A program made the position numbers and the translations under genes. 64,000 nt of DNA from the NCBI GenBank assembly GCA_965235115.1, contig OZ249450.1, positions 12,834,001-12,898,000 on the forward strand, in the 5' to 3' direction. Positions 34,793 through 46,094 of the stretch are shown here, in pieces; the stretch's first letter is position 1, and every line of letters begins with the position of its first letter. The stretch is from Laetmonice hystrix. Its lineage: Eukaryota. The notes under the pieces were generated by a model. The model saw nothing but the letters and a program-made list of their open reading frames with translations, made no database searches and was not told the origin of the DNA.

Positions 34793-37700
34793 TCACCTGA
34801 ACAGGTGACTGTCGGGGTCAGCCTGGACAATGACAAACTCTTCTCGCATGGTGGTGTTGTTATCATCCCAGCAGCTGCGGCCACACGTGTACACTAACAC
34901 TGTACCAAACTCCACACTTGGATCTGAAGGGACAAAACACGACTATCAGAAGGGAAACCGAACATTTATATATAATTAAAAAAATGTATTACAGAACCAC
35001 TGTATTTAAGGTCATGTGTGGCACCTATCAAATCTCACACCATATCTCGCCATAGTAAGATATATCCAACCCAAACCCATTATGCCAATATAATGCATTT
35101 AAATACAAAGAACAAGTATTTTTGATTTAAAAAATGTAAAAAAGTCACTGTGGTTACCAGGGTTGGAGCTAGCTCAGGAGACCTTTTAGCCAAATTTTAG
35201 CCAAATGTGATTTTGATTCGCCAAATTCCATCACTGTTAGCCAATAAATATGAAGGGTAAAATGAAAACAGGTAAGATCTGCCACGCCGTCACATTAGCT
35301 ACCGGTACTGGCTAGAGCATGCTTGTTACGCAGGCCAGGCGCGTAGCCCGGGGGGGGGGGGGGGGGGGGGTTCAAGGCCGATTGACTGAGGAAAGAAGAG
35401 GGTCTAGGTACTTTAGGAAAGTCTGGGACAAAGATCAGGGCAAGAACTGTCATGTTGCTGTTAGTCGCCCGACAGAGTCGAGTACCACTTGGCTGTTCGC
35501 CAAATTTTTCGCCAAGTGATAAACGCAGTCGCCAGATTGTGCTGTCAGTCGCCATTGGCGATTTGGCGAGCGGGTCGCGCGAACCCTGGGTTACTTTTTT
35601 GTTATATGCCTAGGTTTATGGGAAATAATGCCTTTGCAAAGCCTTGGGTTTACCCTGGTGGCCCCCAGATTAGTGTAAGGTGCACTCAAATTAACAGTAA
35701 CGTGCATTTTCTACAGACATAATATATGGATATTTTTCCCTTTTTAAAAACAGAAACACTTGTTCTTTCTATCAAAATAGATAATATTGATATGTAATGG
35801 GTTTGACTTATTGTACATGCGACAGTGTGGATGTCAACATATATGTGACAAGTGTCATTGGTCAATAACTTTGAGTTGAAATCTTTCTTTTCTTTTTGAG
35901 TTACCTGGAATATTTGGAATTTTCAGTACGCCAACCAGTGAGGGCATCAGTTGTAGTTCGAACACGCGTATTGCGCCACAGTGGGTGCAAGGAGGTGTTA
36001 TTGTTTTTGGCGGTGTGGTCAGGTAGAGTGGTTTACCTCCATACTCGTACCTGGAAATGATGATCCACTGATAGATTTTATTGATGGCAGTTTTACAATG
36101 ATAGATGTTTCATGCAGGCAGTAAAAATATGGACATGAAGTCTACTTGTATGACCGATCCATTATTACATTGAACCACCATACTTGGACTTGTTCAGAAG
36201 GATACAATAGTACCGGTAGTTAGCCAAACCACAGAACATTGGGAGATTTTATCTTGGTAACTTGGAAAAGGAACACCACAACTGACCTTGACTTTACTTC
36301 CTTTTCTTATATAAATTTAATTTTATGTTTTATATTCATTACTTCTTGAGTACAAGGCCAGCTCCTACTTATTGAAGTTGAGTGTATTTCCAAAAGTTTA
36401 ACTCTGTTGTGAATACTTGCCTCAGGATTTGCTGTGGACAACTTGAGATGCGTTTTGTAAACCTCGAGAACGTCTGATCCCCGTGTCGTGCTTGTGATTT
36501 CTCATAACCTTCAGTTCCCCCACTTCCTTTACCTTTACCTGGGCCTTTGAGTGAACTGTAATGAAATTGCCACACTCGCTATTTATACTTCTTAGATGTT
36601 CAAACTATTTTCACATGAATGTGAAAAACGTTTGTTACTTCAGATTTAAGAAGATGACTTCCCTTAGATGAAGTCATCTTTAAAGAAATCTTGATGAAAT
36701 GCAATAATGGAATAATTCAGTGTTTCTAACATGTTACTAACTCCATATATATTTTCAAATGAGCTCGGCCATTTTTGCCTTACGCTGACCACATTGATCC
36801 TTACCTGGTATGAGTAGTGAGCAAAGCCTCCAGGTTTAATCCTTCTTGACGAGAGTAATCGGCCAGAAGATGGCGTTCGTGTTGGAGATCTTGGTGAGCT
36901 GAGTCAGCCGGTTCATCAAACACATTGATGTAATACGACACAAGTTCTTCAACTATAAACAAAAAATGGATTACAATAAAATTACGATACAAGGGAACAT
37001 TATCTAGAAACAATTGCTCTGCGAAGATACCTGATAAAATCAATTAAAATAATTTCACACATGTCAAGGAATACCTCATAAAAAATATGAACTGATTTAA
37101 CTACCCGTAATGGACAATGTTTCTGGTTGATCAGTCCCTGCTTGTTGTTGACCAGGGAGACGTAAGACAGTTTCCATGAGTTGATACGATGGTGTTTCTG
37201 CAACCACCTCTGCGATACACTCAGCATCTGCTGCACAGCTGCTGTCATCAGCAGATCCTGATCCGCTCTGTTCCATTTCTGTCGCCTCCTCACTTGATCC
37301 AAGATCCTCGTTCAAAGTGTACCCTTTTATAGAATCATGTGTTTTCATTTCAGAGTTTCCGTTCTTGCTAATTGTTAATTTGTCGGTAACCATGGAGATA
37401 AGATCACTGTCCTCATCACCGTCTCCACCCCAACTGTCTGCATCATCGCACCAATCTGCTGCCCGAGAACCGTTTCCAGACGACTTGTCTCTGCTCTCGC
37501 CCCAATCACTAAATGCACTGTCGTCGTAAGATCCTCCCCTCGTGTCAGAGTGGTGGTTCTGGTCCAACATCTGAGCTCTCAGAACTTGCCAGCTGTAACA
37601 ATCATCCCCAGTATATGGCATAACGATTTCTCACCTATGTTATACTTCAATGAATTCTTTTATACAATTGTTTGTGATGCATTGTTTTTAAGAGAAGTCT

Positions 37701-38605
37701 TTAAGAAAATGATAACCTTAATTTACGACAGTGAAAGTACATTTTTTATATATGACTTTGTTGGGCTACATGTTCATTACTGTAATGGTAAGGAAATGTC
37801 CATCAGTAAATTTTTTTTTTCATTAATATGTTGGCATTGTTACTTGAGTGTTTGTAAACTTTAGAGAACTGAATTGTAATTTAGTCCCAACTTGCGAATA
37901 TCAAACAAAGTCAGTGCTACCGGAATGTTATATACTGGCTTTGTTCACATTCCAACATTTCAAATTCTATTTTTTTTAAATTCAGATATGCTGTGGCCAA
38001 TGCCAATGGAAAGCATATACCATAGTGTCCAAGATTTTTCTTACTTCAATACTACTTGTACCTATACCATGCATTTTCAATGATCCTCATCATATGTCAT
38101 GCTTACCTCTCTGCTCTATTCCAACATGACTTATGGCAACAAGCAAATATATATAAGGTCCTGTAGTATGAAGATTCTCCCAGAGGAGAGTAGACTTGGG
38201 TGATTAGGCTCAGTGACTGCCCACAGAGTCCACATGTCGGCTGACGAGGGAGCACACCAATCATCCAATCCTGGAAGCCACCAAATAAAAACATATTAGT
38301 AGTGTACAAGGCTGCTTGTCTTTTGAGTCGAATAAGACTGAATAGCCCATCAGTTTTCAATACAACATCTGTTACACTTTATTGCAGTTTCAGTTCTTCA
38401 AACAACAGTTAAGAAATTGTATTACTAATCAATTCTTGTAAAAAAAACAAAACATTTTAATTACTCCATATGATACTAGTTGATAAAATACATGTACTTA
38501 TGTACTAATTTAGCATACAGCTTTTCCTCCTATTTTGTTGGTGCTCCAGTCTGTGGCAGTGCCAGGGTCAACTTGTTCATCACAAAGTCCAAGAAGAACA
38601 GACAT
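34793..38605 (-). CDS. PDCD2L: Programmed cell death 2-like protein (uS5 chaperone family), 432 aa, 7 coding exons
   Basis: Exons 38605-38519, 38270-38107, 37592-37105, 36952-36805, 36555-36421, 36050-35905, 34923-34793 (1299 nt). Motifs: VLLGLCDE..WSTNKIGGKAD, CGLCGQSLSLITQVYSPL, YRTLYIFAC, DWCDDADSWG, YEKSQARHGD, CPQQILRY, CTHCGAIRVFELQLMP, VEFGTVLVYTC. Confidence 0.93.
35158..35588. mobile_element. hAT-like MITE with 6-bp TSD in PDCD2L intron 6
   Basis: CAGGGTT...GAACCCTG flanked on both sides by GGTTAC; subterminal (T)CGCCAA/TAGCCAA repeats. Confidence 0.7.
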
Positions 38606-38666
38606 ACCGGTATTGTATTCTGAAAATAAAAAGAGGATAAGAAAACATAAAAATTACTTATTATAA

Positions 38667-39797
38667 TAGCGAGCGCAAGCGAGCCGCGCAGCGGCTCGCG
38701 AAGCGAGCTCTATGACAACACGTGTGAAAGGGTTGCCAAGGTGACACATACCGTCTCACAAAAAAATTTCGTCACGTAAAACCGGAACCGGAAAAACCAT
38801 GGAGCAAATCCATGGAGAAATCCATGGAGGGTCATGTGACCCTTTCAGAGCGTGTGTGATTTGTGACGTCACAGTGAACAAACAGTCACGTGAGTGTTTG
38901 TTCACTGTGACGCCACAATATCCTGACGTCCGTGCTGCTAAGTAACCAGTCCTGACATTGTATTTAGGGAATAACCCATGATGTTTCGCGCCCAAGGTGC
39001 CGTTATCGCTGTCTAACCTAGCGCTCGGGCTCCGCCCTCGCGCTAGGTTAGACAGCGATAACGGCACCTTGGGCGCGAAACATCATGGGTTATTCCCGTT
39101 ATACCACGTTTTTCCAGCAGTTTTTTTAAGTAAACAGAAGAATCCATAGTAATGGTCACGTTTGACATCTAAACATAATTTCCTACAACCTCAAGCTACC
39201 TACGCTGGCGGCCATTCCCAATCCTTGTCACCGTAATATAAAACAAGAGTTCTAAATGGTCAGATTTGATGGCTGTTCTAAGAAAACTCCGCACCCCTCC
39301 CATACTATCATTTGACCTTCCCTCTGGAATCACTGCTTATGGGGTGGATGAACTTTACCTGGAACAGCCTCACGCTCTTTTCTAATGTAACGGCTACTCT
39401 GATTGGTCCGACAGATAATAACGAACACATTCCGTCATTACGCTTCGCCAGTGATGATCGACTGTAAATATGACAATCGGCGTATTATCTGCACGTTTCT
39501 AGCACAGTTAGGTGATATAGTAAATAGTTTTAGTGGATTTCTTTGATATTATACAGACTGCATGAGGATATGTCTTTGCTTACGTCGAGTAATCGGTGAA
39601 AGAAAAGTTGAGTCGAAGCCTCGCTTCCAACAGCTCTAGCAGTGCGGTTATCCAGTTCTAAGGTAACGCTAATCGAGGTGATAACTCACGCTAACGACGC
39701 CCAGCGTGGTATAAATATTGTTATACAGTGTGTACTTATAATATTGTAGGCCTCCCGTCGCTGCGCTCGCCCTCTAGGTAGCACCTACATCATATTA
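38667..39797 (-). mobile_element. Helitron-like element copy 2, interrupted by an about 750-bp insertion
   Basis: Inverted copy of 22835-23238, split at about 38965-39715. Confidence 0.7.
38965..39715 (-). mobile_element. Helentron-associated (HINE/DINE-like) non-autonomous element with a terminal 58-bp perfect hairpin
   Basis: Subterminal inverted 10-mers TTATACCACG (39099-39108) and CGTGGTATAA (39705-39714). Perfect inverted arms 38967-39024 and 39040-39097 lie next to one subterminal repeat; A/T-rich insertion flanks. Confidence 0.6.
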
Positions 39798-40354
39798 TTA
39801 CTAAAGTGGTAGGTCTACTATTATAAGTACACGACCAGGACCTCATAGCATTGGAATACTACTGAGGAAAAGTATACAATACACAAATGGAGGCGAGCAG
39901 CACAGTACATAGTCATAGGAAGGTGCAGATTGCGCTACCGATCCATGCTAACCCTGTGGTCAGTGACAGTGTGGACCACTGCCACTGGCACTGGCTGCGC
40001 CAGACCCCAGACTCGTGCCCCTTTTTCACATGATAACCTGTCCAATTATTAGTCGAAAAAAGTATCTGCGGGTTAAACTACGTCAGAGCTCACAGCTCCG
40101 ATTTGATACGGGACATATCATATCGCAGTTGGCAAGAAAAAGAATATTTACCAATGTACAGAGGGAGTTTTCACTTGACCCAACACCATGTGTTGTGTAG
40201 TACGTCATCACTCTTTGAGCATGTTAAAGGATACTCTAGTGTCCGAGTGAATCGATAGAGGCGCCACGAGCGTTCATGAAAAAAGAAGATGAACGCACGA
40301 CACCCGATTATAAGCAGTCGTATTTATAGATGACAAGGTGGATTTTCTGACACA

Positions 40355-40540
40355 CTTACGTAAGATTAAATTTGTTTAACCCCAAAAGAATAGGGCCTCG
40401 ATGAGATAGCCATGAAATGATTCACGCGGGACGGCGCCAAGCGCCCTCTGTCGAAGAAGGCGATTTTTATGTGTTTTACCTTTTTCACAGTGGCGTCGGG
40501 TTGAGGAGGCACTGGTTGTGGTGTAGTGTAGGGAAGGTAG
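40355..40540. promoter_or_regulatory. Putative bidirectional promoter and non-coding first exons of PDCD2L (-) and the CUB-LDLa gene (+)
   Basis: CpG-rich patch with a minus-strand donor GTAAGT near 40359 and a plus-strand donor AAG/GTAGG near 40536. Both downstream coding starts are preceded by splice acceptors (38620, 41130). Confidence 0.45.
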
Positions 40541-41172
40541 GCCACTGATAACACAATGGTATTGCTTATATTGATGGTTAATTCTTGACAATAAGTATGT
40601 ACCCTGTATAATCCTTAACTCAGGTGGAGCTGACAGAATCCTCGGCTTGGGTGTGCAGCCCAAAGCCAAAGAGAACCGGGCAAAAACAAGGGTCTGTTTT
40701 TACGGTAACGTTACCGTAAATTGCGCAATCCATTTCCATATGATATTGGGATGGTTGTCGCGCTCGGTCATAATAATATTATTCGTAAGAAATTATTAAT
40801 AGCTAATGTTTAGATTAGATACCGTATTTCCTAACCTGAGACTACTTTAAGTTAATGAGATACCGGTAGCTAGATGAATGAAGGAAGAGCTGGACAAAGA
40901 AGGAGGGAAAGCAGGACTTTTGTCCATCATTACTCATTAGCTACCTCTCAGTCTCAGGCATGCAGCATGAGCCATGTGGACCATGCATGTTTCTTCGATA
41001 TGTTGTCAAGTGCTGTACATTTACATCTCTCCCCATGTCACTTGTAGAGGAGATGTTTGTAATCATCTCTTTCCATTCTTCTTATATTTAATTGTGTCAG
41101 GTAGGAAATAATGTGTTTCATCTGTTTTTAGGGCGCAGAGTTTGGTGATGTGAAGATTTGCTGAAGAACATT

Positions 41173-44098
41173 ATGGCTGGGCCAGCACAGTTTGGGGCCA
41201 GGCCATTCATAATATTGTGGCTACCAATACTCTTGGTATCAAGTAAGTTTCTTCCTATTCTTCTTTATGTTTTAATAAGACTAAGGTCAAGTTTTAGGGT
41301 CAAGACTATTGCTAGGTATCCGTGGTCTAAAACTCGCAGCTGACTACTCAAACTCCCATGACCTAGCTTTCATAAATATCCATGAATGCAATGAAAGTCA
41401 GAGATAGGAAAACTTTGGCCTTTGGGATCACTAAAATTTATGCATTGTATAGCATGATTTTGTGCAGAGAAAAGCAGAATGTGCAGCCCACAGCAGGATT
41501 TGTCTATTTATCATAAAAAAAACCCTACTTCTCATTGAAATAGTATCCAGTTAAATACAGACATGTTTTTTACTTCAGAATTGGCTGGGGGACTCACTCA
41601 CCATTTTCTTGATGGAAAACAAGATTATTGCAATGCTGAAGGTGTGAGAAGGATGGTGACAGATTCATTACGTGTTGATCTATCACGGAACCCCTTGATG
41701 TTCAAACAGAAGGACTTTGTCAGATGTACATTAACTCTACAGGCTCCAAAGGGATTCCATCTCATTTTGTCCTGGAGCAATTTCTATATAAGCCAAAAGA
41801 ATTGGTAAGAGAGAAGTTAATGTTCTATAATTTCATTCAAACTCAAAGCAGTATGGAACATGAGCTAACCTTTTCTGTACACGTACACATTGTGACGCAG
41901 TTCTACAAACTTCAAGTTTAAAAAAACCTTTTTTATTATCACTAACAGTAATATTATATGGTAGCTTTATTTAAACCTTATTTTCAGCCAATCGTGTGGT
42001 TATGTAAGGATCTTTGAGAAAAAGCCTCTGGCAGGTTGGTCCGAGAAGTTGTCGGGAATGTGGACCAATGGAGATATTGTGTCGAGTGGGCGCACCCTCC
42101 GTATTTATTACCAAGGCTGGCCTTATTACGATACTATGTCAATGACGGTCACTGCATATAGAGGTGAGCTGTACCATACTTTAGATACCTTAATGATAAA
42201 TGATAATTGAGAATCATAAAAACACTAAAACAGCGATAGAAAGGAAAGGTAGATCTATTCACTTCACAGTCTTTTTGTAAAAATAAGAAAAATAATTTCA
42301 CCCTCTTCATGATACAAAACAACAAAAGCCATTGTGTCTGATTTGTGTCTGTTCTAGACCCATCAAGTGAAGGAACTTGTCAAGAAGATGAATATCTTTG
42401 TCATGGAAAGATGAAGATGTGCATTCCGTTTACTTTGGTGTGCAATGGAGAGAATAACTGTGGTGTTGACAACATCAATGATGAAACCAATGTCTTATGT
42501 CGTAATGAGCAAAGTGAGTCATCCTCCATACAGTAGTAAAAATCTGATTGTTATGGCCATTCTTTACACTCTTCTACCCTGAACATTCTATGACCTGAAC
42601 TGATCTTGCACTGGATGGGGACGTTACGCATCGACTTTCATTTTCTTTGGTACAGATTTGCCTAATTTGAAAAATTATTTTTCCTTCCAATCAGATACCA
42701 TAGAGCCAACCATATGCAGGACGATACCTGTAGGTCTGATAGGTGCTCTGGGTGGTATCCTTATCACAGGCTCCTTCCTAGCAGTCCTTGCAATCACACT
42801 CTGTGTTTTACGCAAAAGAAGGTGAGTTTAAAAGTAATTTATACAAAGAATGATTATTTTGCTATTTTAGTTGTGGTATTTATGAATTATGAATTTCTAT
42901 TCTTAGACATACTGTTACCAGTACTCATTGAGGTAAAGATTGACTTGTCTAGATTTTTTTCACTTATAAATTTGACACCAGCAAATTACCAGCACACGTA
43001 ATTTATAGGCATTGCCAAACTCGTAACATTGAATTGTACAAGGAACAAAAGAATTGCAGAATTCTGTATGGGTCCTGTACCTATTATATACCGGTAAGCC
43101 TCTCAGTGTGTATTACCATTAGGGGCAGAACGTTCGATGTACCGTAGAATTGGTGCATTGTCGATTCAGGGGGCACGATATGAATCGTGATACACAGGCC
43201 TATCATTTTGAAGAAATTGATCAAAATACAGATGTCCGATTAATGATTGTGGTACATGTTTGAGCTCAGGGTTGGGGGCTCATGGGCTACCCTCCTGAAT
43301 TGAGTTTGAGTTCATGTTATTCTTTTTGATAGGGACAGATATAGAGAAGTTATAACATGTTTTTAAAAGACAAAAATGAACAAATGATACTTTCTTTACA
43401 ATGTGTTATAACCTCGTATCGTGACTTCTGTATCACAATATGTATCATATTGCAAGAAAATGTATCGGTTCACCCCTAATTTGTATATCGTTTGATTCTC
43501 CAAAACTCTCAAAGAGAAAGGTCATGCTTTCCTTTGGAGAATCAAAATATGCAGTAATGTTAATATGATGCTTTCCTTCTGTCACATCGCCCCAAACAGG
43601 CAACGTGAGGCAGCTGCGACAGCCCAGAGTGCGTGGGCCAACCCGCAACCCCCAGCCAGTAAGGCAGTCCCAAATGAATACCTCCCCCTCCCTATGCCAC
43701 TGTCGCAAGCGCGTGACCAACAAACGCAGTCCGAGTCGGAACTACTGGTGCCACCCAGTGTTCAGCCTCTTGACACTGGGCAGCCTCCTGTGACTGGCAT
43801 CCGCATTGCGAATTACGACGGAGGGGGTCGCCACCGCCATTTTGTTGACCCCGCGCGAAGTCAGCAACTTCTGACACAGTCTCACAACCGTCAGGTGCTG
43901 CCTGTTCCATTAGAGTCAACTGGGCCTGTGCCGCCAGCCAGACCCGACATAGAATATTCCGAAGGGCCCCTCTATGTCAATATTCCAGGAGGGTCCAGTC
44001 AGGCAAGCAGGGAACATTTTGTGGGTACATCAAGTGAGGAACAGCACTACGTTAATGTACCTCAGAGTGCAGGACAGCATTATGTGAATATTCCATAG
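41173..44098 (+). CDS. Single-pass CUB-like + LDL-receptor class A domain membrane protein, 417 aa, 6 coding exons
   Basis: Exons 41173-41242 (signal peptide), 41579-41804 and 41988-42163 (CUB-like), 42358-42513 (LDLa: CQEDEYLCHGKMKMCIPFTLVCNGENNCGVDNINDETNVLC), 42695-42821 (TM: GLIGALGGILITGSFLAVLAITLCVL-RKRR), 43600-44098 (Pro-rich tail). Total 1254 nt, phases consistent. Confidence 0.88.
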
Positions 44099-46094
44099 GA
44101 TGATTGGAACTTGGACAATATGGTCCAAGATCTGAACAAGGTTGTGAACTCCCGAGAATAATGTAGCATATTGTGCTGTTCAAAGTTGTGAATGGTGTAT
44201 ATCAAGGTGAAGTGAAGCACAGTGCCACCTACTGTGTCGAAAAGTAGCATGAAGTAGTGCTTGAATGTGTTTCAGAATTTTAAAATGAGAAAGTTCAATT
44301 TGCAGACAAGTTGAATGAGACTTGTGTGATTTGACTGAGGTTGTCTTGCGTGAACCTCAGGTATATTCATAACGACCTACACATCTGTTATAACATCACA
44401 CATTCCCTTATCAACTTCATGGTGTTAACAAATAAGGGACAGGAAGTCCCTCTAAGACTAAGGCTTCTAACTTATAGATGTTCATTAATTTCGTTCGAGC
44501 TCATATGTATGCCTCCTTTTATTATTATTTTTTTTAAATTTGATTTTACTCTGTTATATCAAGCAAGTGGGAAACTGTTCAAATGTGTTTGTTGAATCAG
44601 CAATACAAACACAATACGTGATTTGCTTTTTGTGCATGTTAGAAATATTTATCAAATAGGGAACTTCAACAGTCTACTGACTTCTACGTTGTTCGAAGGT
44701 GTCGCTTTGAAAAGAGTTTTAAGAGGCATGTAACTCCAGTACGGTGAGTGATTTCATTGTTTTTGTTTGTGCGGGTAGCACAGGACTGAAAATTATGTCA
44801 TAATTAATATGGTTGGTGCAAAAGCTTTAAAAATGTGCTTGTGTTAAGAGAATAATTGGTAATATCATGAACTCAAGATACTGATAGTTTGTTAAGGACA
44901 CCTATTTATTTCTGTCGTTGGATCTGCCTCGCTAAATGTGCGTTGTGTTTGCAAACCTTCAGCATGAGATGCTGAGAGAGAAGAGAATCGGAGGATATAA
45001 GTTACTTGAGGTGGGTTGTAGAGCAGAGTTTATGCATGAAACCTTTTATTAACATTTCATGTTTCATTGAAAACTGTCCTCCAGAAGCTGCTCTACATGG
45101 TTTGGACCATGATTTGTTATTGGCTGGGGGCCTCGTATGATACACACAGGGTTATTAATATAAAAATAATTGGCCAATTATGATGCTACAAATGTTATAT
45201 TGGCTTTAACTGAAGTTGTCTCTAATCATGAAAATCAAATCTTTAGTCATGTACCGGTAATAACATTGGCGTACCAAAGGGAGATGACCTTTTTGGTATG
45301 CTTTGATTGCAGTTTGATTTGTTATTGTTGACAGTTATATTGTCTTTTTGAATAAACGTTTATTTTTTCTAAAATTAGTTTTTGATTTAGATAATATTAT
45401 CATCATGGTCGTTCCTGTTTTAAACACCATGATATGTGATGCTGAAAAAAACGTAGTGCTTTTCAGCCCTCTCCGAAATAATAAAAAGTTTAAACTTATA
45501 AAGGTGCAGTATGATCATAGAGTTGTTTTCTTAGAATCATTCTTTAGTTACTCTTATGCATGTTATACATGTAATGGATTATCGTATGTAAATCGTTAAA
45601 TTTCGTTGACTGTCTATGCTTTATTGGTACATTGTACTAGGTGGATGAACGACTGACTTGAATATACATGTTTTTTGATGTCTCGTAAAAGTGGGACAGA
45701 CAAACACTCGTACATAGAAATATGAAACATTTATTTCGTTCTAATAATACCCAATCATTCCTTTGTTATGTATGTCTGATCGAGAATGGGCCTATTAAAT
45801 AGGGGACCAGAGAAATAGTACGCCCTGTGCAGTTTACCACTGTTTTTGTTCAATACGAATGGAAGTACATGCGCATATCTGTATTATTAGAATTAAACCA
45901 GCACCCTCTTGTATAACACAGTCATTTAAACATCAATTTTCTAACATCTGGCATACGTACTATATAGGGCATCAAAAGGTATGAATACTTCATATATTTT
46001 CCCAGCATAAGTTAGAACTATATAAGTTAAACGGGTAATGATAGCGGTTACACACATAACGAAGTAGACAATATTTCCTCGAGGCGGTGTCTAT

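Noticed and set aside
37592-37610. PDCD2L exon-3 acceptor (ATGATTGTTACAG) resembles the kinase VNTR unit
   Set aside because: A short AT-rich match near a constrained CAG, expected by chance.
39358-39440. Apparent first exon of PDCD2L (ATG...CAG/GTAAAG on minus)
   Set aside because: It lies inside the Helentron-like insertion and is out of frame with the PDCD2L coding start.
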